In this document: in pieces, positions 43,034 through 57,119 of the stretch
How the letters are laid out: each line of letters opens with the position of its first letter
Numbering within the stretch: the stretch's first letter is position 1
From: Octopus vulgaris
Taxonomy: Eukaryota
DNA length: 64,000 bases
NCBI GenBank assembly: GCA_951406725.2
Contig: OX597817.1
Location: 105,896,001-105,960,000, forward strand
Direction of reading: 5' to 3'
Position numbers and translations under genes: made by a program
The notes under the pieces: generated by a model
Told to the model about the DNA's origin: nothing
What the model saw: only the letters and a program-made list of their open reading frames with translations
Databases searched by the model: none

Positions 43034-45334
43034 GCCTATTATTAATTTGGAAAATAAAAGTTTTTATTGCCTTCCTATTTTTTCAACTACCCAACAAGAA
43101 TTATTTCTATTAATTATCTTGACATTATTGCGAGTATTTCGAAGTTACCATCTTTAGCTTTAGTTTTTTCAAACGCTATGTCCTTCTGAAATGCAATCAG
43201 CTTATCAAGCGAAATGAGAATATTTTCCACTTTATTTTGCATATTCTCATAATTTTGGGTACTACTTGTAACTACACTCTTATGGACACAGGAACAAATT
43301 TTAACAATTTTACAAACTAAAATCCCGATATGCTCATATGCGTATTTTTTTTCTTTCTTAGAAATAATATATATTTGATTTATCAACTTAATACTTCCGG
43401 CCACACATCTTGACATTTATTTTCCTGTCTCCATTCTCTGTACATTTTTGCTCTTACAGCCTACCAATTTGATTCTTTCGACTCATGTTTTCTCCTACAA
43501 TCATTTTTCTTATTACTTTCAACGTTCTTACTAGGAACAACCTACCCCCGCCTCCTAGACGCACATTGTTTTGTGTACATCAATTCGTCCATCCTTCGAC
43601 AATACTATTCCATCCCTTGCCGTCTCTCATTTCCATTCTTGCACCCGAAGACTACAACTTTTTGCTGACGTAGAGTGAACATATTTTGTGAAAAGTATTA
43701 TTTACCCTACTAAGCTATTCCTGTTATTAATTTCTTAATGCATTTTTCTAACGTTTTAATGCATGTACACCCTGTACTGTATGTTTTTTTAATTTTTTTC
43801 CGTCGGAAAGCATCTCAGTCTATGACATGAAAGTCAATGAGAAAATGGGTTTCATGTTACTACATTCTATGTTACGGCGACATTTTTAGGAATGCAGCTT
43901 TTCCAAAATGTGAGGTATGCCCATATTTCTGTTGGCACTGTTAACATGTTTATATCTCTTACACCTTTCTTCTTAACAGTTATATGACTTTTGTGTGTAA
44001 AACTACACTTCTACTATGAATCCACATCGAAACAAATTTGTTCAAATAAGCAAGTCTTCAATGGAAAATAAACATTCCAACAACTTCGTCGAAAATATAT
44101 TTTACATTCATCTACTAATGTTTTTAAAATGTGCAACTCCCTTCGGAGAATACAATGCATCTCCATAACACTACGCTTATGCTGTTTTATGAGTGATGCA
44201 AACCTTTTATAGAGCTTACGCGGATGGAGTCCCAGTAGAACAAATTCTGATCATTCTGATGCTTGACTTCCATTTTTCAAAGTCGTCAAATATATTATGA
44301 AAGACACCTTAACCTCTCATTGGGTATGGCAATTTTTTTTCTTTTGTAGTCAAAAAGAACTGCTTTATAATTTGGTCTCCATCAGCAAAGCAAAGAAATG
44401 TAATTATGCTTTGTTACCAATGTCAATTGATTCATTAGCTTGCAAGCAGATTCTGAAGTTTATTCCGACACCTTACATCTTTCTTATCTAACAGATCCAT
44501 AACTCGTTTAGAAAAGATATTATTTGAGAGTGGAATTTTTGTCCTCTCTTAATTTCTAACATTTTTTAAACAGCTTTCTAAATGCGGGTAAAATTGATTC
44601 ATGCAAAATGTGTAACTTTGCGTTTTGTACCACCATTCTGCTCTCTCAGTATAAGCGATCTGAGCTTTTCAGAAAGTGATAACCTTTGTTATTTTTTACA
44701 AATAGTTTCTGTGTTCTGATTGGTTTTCCTGATAATGTTCTTGTAACGAGCTTAGCGTGTGTGAATATCTTCGTGCACTTTTGGGGTGCACAAAGCAATC
44801 ACTCACTAGCCGTTGCTTTAATAATCCAGATTCTCTACAAGTCAGAAACAACAAGACGCAGACGTAAAATATACATATAACTACTTTATTCTCTTTCTTG
44901 GTAAACAATAACAATAAGTGTGTTATCTGATGTCCTAGGTTCGGGCGCGCACCGCTATAAGTTAATAGATTGTAATATTTACAATGTCCAGCCCTAAACC
45001 AGAAAGGGGTCAAGATGGCGTCGAACAATGGAGACGATGTTGGTCTGCAACAATTTGGTAAGGACTGCTAGAAGCTAGTTCCAACGGAGAGAAAATATAT
45101 CGCGTGACGTCGCCTTCAATCGCTGGGTCCCAAGTCCCCGCTGCTGCTGGACGCTGGTGGTCAACGTCTTACGACCCCCTTGCCTCGGCTAACTGCTACG
45201 TAGGCAAAAGGGTTCTTCTTCCGGTGCTTCGCGCATGCGCGAGAGGGCCCTTCCTTTCTGTGCCTTGGTGAAGGCACCAACACGCGCGAAATACAAATGG
45301 TCGGTGCGCGAGCGCGCGTTATAATATCACTACA

Positions 45335-45348
45335 AGGCTCCCCTCCAG
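45335..45348 (-). promoter_or_regulatory. Polypurine tract
   Basis: Minus strand CTGGAGGGGAGCCT immediately before the 3' LTR. Confidence 0.7.
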
Positions 45349-46867
45349 TGCGTACGCACGAAAGGAAACTTATTGTAGTGACTGCAAAACTCAAGGTGGA
45401 CACAGATAACCAAATAGCACACAATAATATAATGGCAAAATTTATAACATACACAAGAAATTTACTAAAGGAAAAAGAGAAAAAATACTCAATGAGCAAA
45501 AATCAAGAGTGCATGCATGAAAGTGTATACGTCACAAAGTATAGAGCCTTCCGCTGAAGGGAGCGGAAGAAAAGGCAGAACTCACAGTTATTGAACCTAG
45601 GCGAAATTAAAATCCAACTTCTCTAAAGGTGGTTGATCCTGCAAAATAGCAGTTAAATCAATTGCTGCAGGAGAGGAAATGGAATTGACAGAAGCTCGCT
45701 AGTAACACAAAAGGCAAAAGTGCAAAAACATGCAGGTGTGATGCGCGACACAGATAATTTTCTGTTAATTACGTGACCAAACAGTGGTCTAACAGGGAAA
45801 AATAATTACGCCTATAAATCGGCGCAGCGCATTTGAACATCCGACGTCTTATGAGTCGGGAAAAACTAAGCTACTGCAAACGTGTTGCAAAAAACAAGGC
45901 AATACACGTGCGAAGCAAAAGGCGCATGAAATGCAATAGTGCTTGCCAGACCAAAAAACAGCAAATGAATATGCCAGTGGTTAAGCGATTATATGCTTCG
46001 TTCGTATAGGAACAAAAGTATGACATGCTGGCGCGTCATAATGGACAAACAACCCTCTCTATGTATACGTGACCGACCTAGGGTCTATAGAAATGAGGGG
46101 TGTCCACAAAAGGCAAATTCAGCATGGAACAAACAAGCGAGAAAAGCATGTGTGACGTATGTATGTGAGAGAGAGCATTTATGTGTGTGTACGTGTGTGC
46201 GACAGAAATACATACAAGGTGAATGCGAGCAAAAAAATATAAAAGAATATACAGCGCATAGAAAAAATGTCTCTCGAGTGCTATTCCAGACAAGAATTAA
46301 TTTACCAGTCTGTAATAGCCTGATGTACAATAGCAGTTCGTTCTGTAACAGAATGTTGAAATCACAAAATGCAGATGCCGGTTGAACACATATCGTGTAA
46401 CGGTTGTGGCTTCGATGCTGTGACAGGTTAACTGGAACAGAAGAATCTCGTAGATAGTCGGTGCTGTGAATTCTTGGTGTGCTAATGCACAAACGGCAAG
46501 TGGACCAAACTTCCGCGAGTTGCTATGTACATCTTGGTGGAGGTCGACGGTGTTGAAAGGCGACGTTGGTGGTGGAAGGCGACTGTAGTGGACTTGGGAC
46601 AACATCGTTCTTAGTGATGATGGCGACGAAGATAGCGACGACGTGAAGTAGACAGACGACGATGGTGATGACGAAGGTGGAGAAAAAGCATCGAATATAT
46701 GATGGCGTCCGTCATCATGGCTGTAGAATAAGAAAGAGGCTCCTTCTACAACTTTGTGGTGGCCGGAAAACAAATCGTCGAAAGATGAATGCGTAGAGTT
46801 AAATCGTGTTCCGACTTCGCAGAAAAACTGGATTTTTTGTTGTTAAGTGATCTCTGGTTTTAGACCA

Positions 46868-46887
46868 GAATCACGTCGGGGTCACCA
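46868..46887 (-). promoter_or_regulatory. Primer-binding site complementary to tRNA-Trp 3' end
   Basis: Plus strand GAATCACGTCGGGGTCACCA matches the animal tRNA-Trp 3' end including CCA; 2 nt from the 5' LTR. Confidence 0.88.
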
Positions 46888-48861
46888 CTTGTAACGAGCT
46901 TAGCGTGTGTGAATATCTTCGTGCACTTTTGGGGTGCACAAAGCAATCACTCACTAGCCGTTGCTTTAATAATCCAGATTCTCTACAAGTCAGAAACAAC
47001 AAGACGCAGACGTAAAATATACATATAACTACTTTATTCTCTTTCTTGGTAAACAATAACAATAAGTGTGTTATCTGATGTCCTAGGTTCGGGCGTGCAC
47101 CGCTATAAGTTAATAGATTGTAATATATACAATGTCCAGCCCTAAACCAGAAAGGGGTCAAGATGGCGTCGAACAATGGAGACGATGTTGGTCTGCAACA
47201 ATTTGGTAAGGACTGCTAGAAGCTAGTTCCAACGGAGAGAAAATATATCGCGTGACGTCGCCTTCAATCGCTGGGTCCCAAGTCCCCGCTGCTGCTGGAC
47301 GCTGGTGGTCAACGTCTTACGACCCCCTTGCCTCGGCTAACTGCTACGTAGGCAAAAGGGTTCTTCTTCCGGTGCTTCGCGCATGCGCGAGAGGGCCCTT
47401 CCTTTCTGTGCCTTGGTGAAGGCACCAACACGCGCGAAATACAAATGGTCGGTGCGCGAGCGCGCGTTATAATATCACTACATTCTGAAATAATTCAAGT
47501 GCGTAACCGAAATAAAGATAAAGATGATCTTTATCAGTGGAACTAAGGGTTACCATTGTGCAAATTTTTATGACTTCCTTACACTGAGCTAACCAACACT
47601 TGTTTTCTCAGACTCTAATTTTTCTCCGAGGAAAGGACGTTGTATTTTCTGGTCGAATTGACTTTCATGATTCATTATACTAATTTTACTCTGATATGGC
47701 CCTGGATTTGATTTCTCTTTGCAGCATTTTAAGCAAGTATCTTCTGCCAAGGCTCTTAAGTGAAATTGGAAGACGAATACTATTTAGCGATGTGAAAAGG
47801 TGAATGTGGCTAAGGTTCAGGTAATATTATAATCTTCTCATTTCAAACGGGTCATGATAAAGGACATCAAGAAATACTAAAACACAAGTTAAAGTTGGCG
47901 GCCACATTTATTTCTCCGCTAATAGAAGATACAGCACACTGGTACACATGAATAATTCTGTTAATAAAAATACATTGGTTTCTCGTGCAGCTTCAAAATG
48001 ATGTGCTCGGGAAAAACACATAGCATGGCGACAAAAATCTCTTCTGACAATTCTCTCCTCACTGAAAAGCATAGCGGAATAAAACTTGCTCTATGCCAAA
48101 GATCCGAACTCCATTGTGACGACCCACCCCACTGAAGAAAATAGCGAGGTAAGGCACCTTTAAATAGATAAGGGTAGGTTCAAAATGGAGCAGTCTGATT
48201 GGATGGCTTAAAGCATCCAATCGGCACGAACGGGTATGGTCGTGTGAAGTTTGCAGAACGGTGATGACCTAAAATGTGTGTACTTAAAGGTAAACTGTGA
48301 ACATGCTAGCTACAACTGTACAAACGCTCCTATACCCTCATATGAAAGGGTGCGAGAGAGTGGCATGCAGGGAGGGTGATGATGTTAAGTTGTCACTGTC
48401 CCGGAAAGTATTGGAAGATGTGGAGGGAAAACAGTAATATGCGAGGTGTATTAGTGGAAGTGGGAGGATTGAGAGCGTTGCGACGGAGACGATGGAGAGA
48501 GCGTTGGGGCCCGTCTGGAAGAATGTAACATGCCTTGCCAGATGAAGCAGATACGGAGTGATTGTAGTTCGTTGCAGAATGATGGGAAGGGCGAAAGAAT
48601 GCGCAGTGGATCCTTTAAGATCGGAAAGGGTGGTCCTACTGCCCATGTGTCTTGGAGGAGGGACTTCCAGGATTGGGGTGGAGGGAATCGTCCTTGAGTG
48701 TACTTACGTACATTTCAACTATTATAAACTTTTCACATTCCAAACACTTCTTGATTCCCTGCTTTATGTATTATTTATGTATATATACTTGCATCTTTCT
48801 CCAACACCAACGTCCCATGTGATAGGCTTGAAAATTGTTAAGAGATACACCTCTCTTTATA

Positions 48862-51450
48862 TATATAGGGAGGATTCACAAAAAACACAGAAGACGAAGA
48901 CAGGTGGTGTAGTCAACAAACAGATATATTAGTTTAACGCTCGGGAAGTGAAAAAGTCTTTAACGTTTCGAGCCTACGCTCTTCCACAAAAAGGAACGCA
49001 GAAAGAAACAAGGACAGAAAATAAAGAATGTGTAGTGGCAGAGCAATCTATCATGGCGAATGCCGAACAGAGGGGTCACACAGGAGAGCTAGGAAGAAGG
49101 GGAAATAATAAAGTAGTGGTGATCCCAAAACGAAGGTGCACGTGTGTATGAGAGCATGTATGTGCGTGTGGAAGGGGGCTGGTGACCTTGACGTGTGCGT
49201 GTGTGTAGGTGTGTGGATGATGGTATGGAGCTGGGAAGTGGTGCTAATGTGAGCGTGGTGGTGTGATGTGGTGTTGTGTGGTATGGTGGTGTGGTGATGT
49301 GTGGTATGATGGTATTAGGATGTGGGGGAGGCGAGAGTGGGGAAAGCAAGGGTGGGGTATGGATTAGGCTGAGGGTGAGAGTAGAGGTGGAGTATGTGGG
49401 TTAGGCTCAGGGTGGGGTATGTGGGTGTGGGTGTAAGGGATGGGGTGGGGTGGATGGGATAGATAGGGAATGTGGGGTTGGATTGTGTGGGGGTGGGGTT
49501 ATGAGGGAGGGGTGGCAATGTAGGGAGAGGTGGGTAGGAGTTAAGTGAAGAGAGAAGGAGAGTAGGAGTGAAGAGAAGTAGGAGTCGGAGCAAGAGAGGA
49601 GAGGTGGATGGGAGGAAATAGGTGTGAGAGGGAGAGAAGAGAGGGGAGGACTGTTAGATGAAGAGGGGAGGAGAGTTGAGCCCATGTGGGGCAAAAGAGC
49701 GAAGAGAGAAGATTAATCCTTGTTCACGGCGCAAACGGGAGTCCGAATGGCCCCTGTGCAAGGACAATCCGGACACAGACAGGTGTTGCAAAGAGTGACC
49801 GGTAGAGCGGAAATGGTGCGAGACAGGGGTGTCATTGCCGAGTCGGATGTCTCGGAGGTGTTCCACGAACCGGTCAGCCAAGCGGCGTCCCGTTTGCCCG
49901 ATGAATAGAGAAGGGCAGAGAGAGCAGGAGATGCAGTAGATGACATTGGTAGAAGTGCAGGTGAAGGAGTCGGTGATATGATAGGGTCGATGATGGGTGC
50001 CGGTGAGGAGGGTGGTGTTGGAGAAGTAAGGGCAAGTGCGGCAGCGTGGGCGGTTGGGTTAGGGAAGAAGCTGTGGACCAAGAGTTCTCGTAGGTTGTGG
50101 GCTCGTTTGAAGGAGGTGAGGGGTCAGTTAGAGAAGATGTGCGAAGTGGAGGGTCGGACTAGGGTCGCCGGAAGGCTCGGAGAGTGGTGCGTTGGAGAGG
50201 TAGAGTGGTGGGGTGGTAGGTGAGGGGAAACGGGAACGGCGGGATGGGCGCGGAGGAGAGAGCAGATGCTCGGTCCATGGAACGTGCTCTGGCAAGGGCG
50301 GTGTGGATAGTGGTAAGGGGATATCCACGTAGGATGAAGTGGCGAACCATGAGTTGTGACTGAGTCTCAAAGTCATGGTAGTCACTGCAGAGCCTGCTTA
50401 GACGGAGGAATTGGGAACAGGGGAGGGAAAGCTTGATGTATTTAGGGTAGGAGGAGGAGAAGTTGAGGTATGAATGTGAGTCTGTGTGTTTGCAGTGGAT
50501 GGAAATGGTGAGAGTAGAGTGATGACTGCTGACCGAAATGTCAAGAAAGGAGACAGAGATAGTGCAGAAGTGAAGGACAGGATGGAAAGATTTGACAAAA
50601 GAGAGGAAGGAGTCTAGATGTTAGCGGGAGAGTGAGGTCGTACCGATACAGTCGTCAATATAACGGCCGTATAATGGGGAAAAGTTAAACCGGTCCACAG
50701 CGCGCTGGCAGGCGCCCGCAAAAAGATTGACTGCTGGCGTCCACTGGGATGGTTGGCAGCCCAGGTCGGTGAAGCAGTCCTCCTCATTAGATGCTGGTGG
50801 AGTGTCGCGGAAAAGCGCACACAACCTAATAAGGCGCACAAAGCTGTGGATATCGGTACGAGTCCGAAATTCGTTGCTGGATGGAAGGAAGGGAGATGAA
50901 GCGCAGACCCCTACAGAAGAATGAGCGCTCCGCCTCAGAGAGAAGAAAATCTGGAGGAATGGTAACAACAGACTGAAGTGGAGAAGGGGTGGATGGGATA
51001 GAAGTAGGAGGCGTGGTGGGGATGGTGGAAGGCTGGGAGAGAGGGATGGATGTATGTGTGTGAGGGGTTTGGTGAGCGTATCAGGGAGGGTGAGAGTAGT
51101 GGAGTTGGGGTAGTGGCATCGGGTGTGATGGAATGGAGGAGTGAGTGGAGTTTACATTGTTTGGTGTGAGCAAGAAATTAATGAAAGAGATAATTTAAAT
51201 GAATTATGTAACGTAACGTAGTGTTTGCATGGAAGGGTGACTGAGAGGAGAAGATGGTCGATAGTGTGTATTTTGGAGAGATTTGAACGAATGGTGGCGC
51301 TCATAAGGCGGTAGAATGTAGTATGGAGTGTGGGTAGGATGGTTGTAGCAGAGTGGAGAGTGGGGGTAGAAATGGAGGCAGAAACCTTTAAGGATGAGGT
51401 GGTGATCCAAGCAGCAACTGAGAAACGAAATGTGACTACAGAAACGAGTT
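48862..51450 (-). mobile_element. Penelope-like element, frameshifted and internally deleted
   Basis: N-terminus RFCSHISFLSCCLDHHLILKGF; RT motif YGRYIDDCIG; thumb HFILRGYP; GIY-YIG tail ADRFVEHLRDIR...PVSHHF...RREQGLIFSLRSFAPHGLN; hammerhead-like 3' end next to TA repeat. Confidence 0.9.
48957..48994 (-). ncRNA. Hammerhead-like motif with variant or decayed core at PLE 3' end
   Basis: Minus strand CTTT-TTGTGGA-A-GAGC(GTAG)GCTC-GAAA-CG-TT-AAAG; stem II, GAAA and stem I present, CUGANGA box non-canonical. Confidence 0.5.
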
Positions 51451-52549
51451 TTTTTTTTTTTGAAAATTAAGAAGGCTGAAAGTATAGCAGTGTTTTGTCT
51501 GTCGCTATGTTCTGAGTTCAAATGCTGCCAAGGAAACCTTTGCCTTCCATCTTTTCAAGTCAACAAAATATATACCAGTTGAGGACTGGGGTTGATGTAA
51601 TCGACTTACCCCTCCCTCGAATTTGCTGGCCTGTGCCAAAATTTGAAACCAATATTTCATTACAAGTTTTGCTTGAATAATCAAAGATACTTCATACGTT
51701 TTATTAGTTTTACCAGTTTTATCAAAATTGCTGCTATATAGAGTTATCCAAACTTTATTCTTATAAATAATATCTGCTGTGGAAACTTCCTTTCTGTGTT
51801 AGCATCTCTACTGGTGAATCAACGAATGTTGGTGAAACTAGACTTTGCTGCAAGCATACAAGATATATGTCTATGTTGATTTTGGATTTATACGGTATGA
51901 TTATTTTTATTTTTATATTACTAAATTTATTTTATTTCTTCCATCTCACTTCACTACAAATCCCCAGATATTTGTACTCATATGAGCACTACAAAATAAG
52001 GTCATTCAATGCAGTTGCTAGTTTATGATTTGGTGTAGATTCCACTCTACATCATCTTCAGAATTGTGCATTATATTCAAATGCAAGTTGTTTTTTATTT
52101 TATTTTTTATTTTTGGAGGAAAGGCGTGTACATTTTGTTAGTGAATGGGAAACTGTGTTGCTACATAATCTAATTTCCTTGAAAATTGATTTTTTTTTTC
52201 ATTGCTCTGTTGATTCTGATGTCAAGTGGTTCAATGATACAGGACAAAGCACTAACAAGTAACATCATTTTCTTTGTAACTCTCATTAAAAATTGCTTAC
52301 AGTTTGCTATGCATGTAATTATAGAATGCATTTAGCAATGGCAAGAGTTTCTTAGGAGAGCTACTATGTATCTTACCTTCATAGTTATAAGAAACTGAAT
52401 ACCTTAATTTAAAATTATTGATATTTTCTTTTCCAAAGACATTGTTGATTTTTCAGTTTCCTATTATGCATATTGATTGTACAAAATTTAAATTAATTAT
52501 AGCAAGAATGAAATGCTCAAAAAAGAATAGCAGCAAGACAAAGTTTTAG

Positions 52550-54626
52550 GAAACTGTTTATTAAGAAAATCAAAAAAAAGCAATAAAATTGTTACAGTGA
52601 TAGATGAGCTGCTAAGTTATAAGTGGAAGCTGCAAAGTTACTCCTGATTACAGCAGATTAGCAAAGCAATTTGTCTTCATTTAAAATGTTTCTTCTTTCA
52701 AATCAACACAATTCATACTTTTCTTTCTGAGCCAGTTTGACTCTCAATGGAGGTTTTCTTCTTCTCAAACATTTGAATGGGTAGAATGGAAACCAAAGGA
52801 ATATCAGAAGAAAACCAAGAGACTATCAGAATTGAAACATTCCAAATAATATGACAGATCAACCATATTTTTAAAAGTCAAGGTTACTATCCCCTTATTT
52901 CATGTTACTTCATGTTATGTTGAATGAGTTTACCACAGATATTTTCGTTATAAAGGATGGCAGAATTAATGAAATAAAATGATACAAGTCTACATTTGGA
53001 TTGAAATTAAACACATGCACACTAAGATATATATATGTATAGGTACATGTGAATATATATATATATATGTATATATAAATATAGCTATGATTATATTGAC
53101 AAAAACACATATATGAATGTAGCTATGTGTAAATATGTGTATATGTATGATTTATATACAAACACAAAAAGCAATGTTTAATTTGATTTTAACATAAATG
53201 AAAAGTAAAACTGGGTTTATGGGGAAATAAAAGAGAATTTCAGTGTTACTACTATGACTGCTGAATGTGTTGTTACTTCTGAGAATGGCAACCTGTAACT
53301 GAAGCTGATAGCAATAGATTTCTTTTAAATGAGCCTACACTTGATTGAAGGAATTCAGATTATGCTGAGATTGTCTGAAAGTTGTAGCTTCCTCAATCGT
53401 ATACATATATATATATAAGCATTCCAAATTATAGCCGTTAGTGTTCTGATGTACTGTTTTACTAATCAGTAACTCAGTAACTGAACTTACCTATGATTAT
53501 TTTGTTAACTGTTGATGACAAAAGCTATCTATAACACACACACACACATATATATATATATAGTTATATATATATGTGTGTTAGAATCAAAATGATTGCA
53601 AACTGTGATTGTCTACATTTGTGGCAACCATCAAAAGCTTGGTTAATAACTATGACACCTTGTAGAGGTTGTCATCAACATTTATCGTTACCTGTATGAA
53701 GTGCACCTTTACTGCTATTATAATTATCATTATTATTAATATTTATTTTCATTACAAATACCAATAGCTGTAGCTGATTGTCACCATCTCTTCTCACTGA
53801 TAACAGCTTTGAATTAACTTCATATATCAACACCAATGCATACTGAATAACTGAACATAACATTATTACCAGACAAAGATTATACAGCTTGTCTTTCTAG
53901 TATGATGATTAATACATCAATAAACAAAAAATAAACTCAAATGAAAATTGAGAGCTATAGAAATCCAAACTAGCCCTCATTTTTTAAAAAATATCTACGG
54001 TAAATCTTACAATGAATATTCTTGACTATTTTACCAAAACATGTTATCACTGGCCACTGTCAACAACAATGTCAAATTCTTTCCATAATCGTTTTAGATT
54101 TCATTTTCTTTCCAAACCTGTCATTCATATTTCCATGATTCCTTAAACAGTGCCATTGGCAGAAAAGACACTTTGTTCTGTCTGAAATGCTGTCAATTAA
54201 TCTCTAAAGGCAACTTAACCAGTTAATTAATTCCTTTTACACACAATTTTATCTTCAGTTAATTTTAAATGTTATTTTCTTAATTGATAAAATCAAATAA
54301 TAATATAAGACAGATTTATTTTTAAAAACTCAGATTATACGGTATCCCAGTAATTGAAATTATGTCCTAAAACACATTTAGGGTCTGTGTACTATCTTTT
54401 AATATTATAACAAACAAAAGACAAAGGATACACATAGGTGAGGCAAATATTACAGACATTTCTATAAGTCTATATAGCCAAAGAAGTGTAATAAAATTAC
54501 TTTATTTTGATTAAAGTTAATTTGTTAATTATACTTATACACAAATGGGAGGAAAAAAAGAAACTTAAGAAAATACATTAAAAAAAATCAAGCAATTTCA
54601 GAAGACCCTATTTCCTCTGAAAATAA
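52550..54626 (-). other. Probable 3' UTR of the PTN/MK-like gene (end uncertain)
   Basis: Follows the stop codon; largely free of recognisable transposons; minus-strand AATAAA (plus TTTATT) near 54501, 54315 and 52558. Confidence 0.4.
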
Positions 54627-54754
54627 TTAACAACTTAATGTCTTCACAGCACGTTTCATACATTCTGAGTCACCATACTGCACAACTCTTTTCTTAATTT
54701 TCACTCCATTTCTGCATGGACCAAATTCTCCCCATGCGCCAAAGAAGCAACGTT
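54627..54754 (-). CDS. Terminal coding exon of pleiotrophin/midkine-like gene, module 3
   Basis: Acceptor attttgtatttttcag, phase 1. Encodes (E)RCFFGAWGEFGPCRNGVKIKKRVVQYGDSECMKRAVKTLSC then TAA (54627-54629), with the same four-Cys plus W layout. Not in the ORF track. Confidence 0.82.
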
Positions 54755-55494
54755 CTGAAAAATACAAAATCCATACAATATTAATGTTTAATTAAAAACT
54801 CATTTTTATGTGCAAAAATTCTTTATTCACAAGAACTATTTTATAGATAAGATCATACCATGTTAAACAAGGTCTTTGGAAGACTGCAATCTAAGGAATG
54901 AGAAACTTTTGTAGTGCAAGAGGTGAATTGCTAACATAACTGAAATGAGTAAAATAGTGTGTTTGCAATTATATGAACTGTTTTGCTTATAATGCTTAAA
55001 CAGGAGTTTTTTCAGTCTTCTCTCTTTTTTTTTTTTTTTCATGACAGTTTTAGAGACTTCTTGAGTAAATGGTTTCAAAATTAAATGCGAGTGAAATTTG
55101 GCCTAAAGCAAGGAGTTTCCCATCCCATTCTGAAAATGTTAATAATAGGTATAATCACAAAAAAAAATAATAAACTGTTATAATAATGAATGCAGTTGAA
55201 TGATTTGTCAACATTTCATACTTACTATGGCTATAATGCTATTTGAGTCTACTATTAAATCATTTTGCTTCTCAAACTACCTTTCAAAAGCAGCTAAAAA
55301 ACATTTCCCTAAATTCTTTCCTCACACACTTGATTACATGCTTTCTAAACTGTTCACTGTAACAGAATATCTCAACATAATCATAAATACATTTCATACA
55401 TTAAAAATACTCAAAGAATAAAATATCTATCCTGCAATTATTATAACATACAATATGAAATAACCTTATGTTGTGCTTGTATCAACAATTTGTG

Positions 55495-56690
55495 AAGGTG
55501 CATGGCTTAGTGGTTAGGGTATTTGGCTCATGATTGTAAGGTCATGTGTTCAGTTCCTAGCAACATATTGTGTCCTTGAGCAAGACACTTTATTTCATGT
55601 TACTCTAGTCCACTTAGATAGTTATCTTCTATGTAACTATTCCTATTGCTAAATTTTTAAGTAAATTGTTGATATGGCACTCTGTCGGTAATGACAATAT
55701 GGGTTCCAGTTGATCTGAGCAGAACAGCCTGCTTGTGAAATTAACATGCATGTGGCCGAGCACTCCACAGACACATGTATCTTTAACGTAGTTCTCAGGG
55801 AGATTCAGCATAACACAGAGTGTGACAATGATGGCCCTTTGAAATACAGGTGCTACTCATTTTTGCCAGCTGAGTGAACTGGAGTAACATGAAATAATGT
55901 GTCTTGCTCAAGGACACAAGGTGTTGCCAGGAATTGAACTCATGACCTTACAATCGTGAGCCAAATATCCTAATCACTAAGCCTTCACAAATTATTAATA
56001 TAGCATAACATAATGACATCAGTGCCTCTCAAGCCTAGAAATATATTTTTGATTTCTTTCTTATAAACAATCCTTTCTTTTTAGATGAGATTATTAAGTT
56101 GCCTTCAACATAGTCATTCAACACACTTTTAGCTAATCCTTAGCTAACATGACCTTTCAACCTAAAGGAAAGCATAGCAGATTTACAAGTTTTGTTCTTC
56201 TTTTCCAAGCAAAGGTGGGAACCTCTATACAGTTACTCAATCTGTCAGAAGTAGTGACCAAATTCTCCTCCAATCAAACCTTCACCATCTTAAATAAGGG
56301 AAAGATACATTGGACACTGTAGTCGTAGATATACTGAAGGTAATAAATACAGGTAATAATGTTTACGTTGTGAATGCATGTGGTTTAATAGTTAGGGTAT
56401 TTGGCTCACAATTGTAAGGTCATGAGTTCAATTCCCAGTGACGTGTTGTATCCATGAGTAAGACACTTTATTTCACGATTTTTCAGTCCACTCAGCTGGC
56501 AAAAATGAATAGCACCTGTATTTGAAAGGGCCAGCCTTGTCACACTCTGTGACACACTGAATCTCCCTCACAGCTACACTAAGGGTACACGTGTCTGTGG
56601 AGTGCTCAACCATATGCACATTAATTTTATGAGCAGGCTGTTCTATTGATCAGATCAACTGGAATCCTCATTGTAACCGACGGAGTGCCA
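55495..56690. mobile_element. Three intronic SINE copies in alternating orientation (+ about 55495-55615, - about 55676-55985, + about 56375-56690)
   Basis: Shared catggcttagtggttagggtatttggctca...ttgagcaagacactttatttca head and body. Confidence 0.8.
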
Positions 56691-57084
56691 ATGTTTATAT
56701 TGGAAGAGCAACAGAATATAGAGTATTTATTATATACAGCTGCATACAGCAGCTTTCAAGGTAAATCATTCATTCAGAATATTCACACATCACTAAATTA
56801 GAGGAAACATGCATACCAAGGTACTCCACATAATGCTAATCACTGCAAAATGAAAATAGGACCTGTTTTCAATGCAACAAACCAATTCAATACTGGATAC
56901 AATGGTTTCACTCATAACTTCTGTGACAAAAGATCAGCTCCTGATCATTTCAGCCATGTGTCACTCAATCAGTCATGACTGAGAAAATATTTCAAATAAA
57001 ATAAGTGAAAAAGAATAAACTATTTTCCTTCTCATATCAATCCTAAAATAAACACCCCTGCTGCTGTTGCTGCTGCTGCTGCTG

Positions 57085-57117
<33 letters not shown>

Positions 57118-57119
57118 AC

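Larger units (their letters stand above)
44742..47482 (-). mobile_element. Young non-autonomous LTR retrotransposon (Gypsy-type)
   Basis: 593-bp TG...CA LTRs at 44742-45334 and 46890-47482 (two mismatches seen); 4-bp TSD TTCT; PBS and PPT present; 1.55-kb interior without pol. Confidence 0.93.

Noticed and set aside
46868-46887. tRNA-Trp-like sequence
   Set aside because: Only the 3' 20 nt with encoded CCA next to an LTR; it is a PBS, not a tRNA gene. SINE heads were likewise not called as tRNAs.
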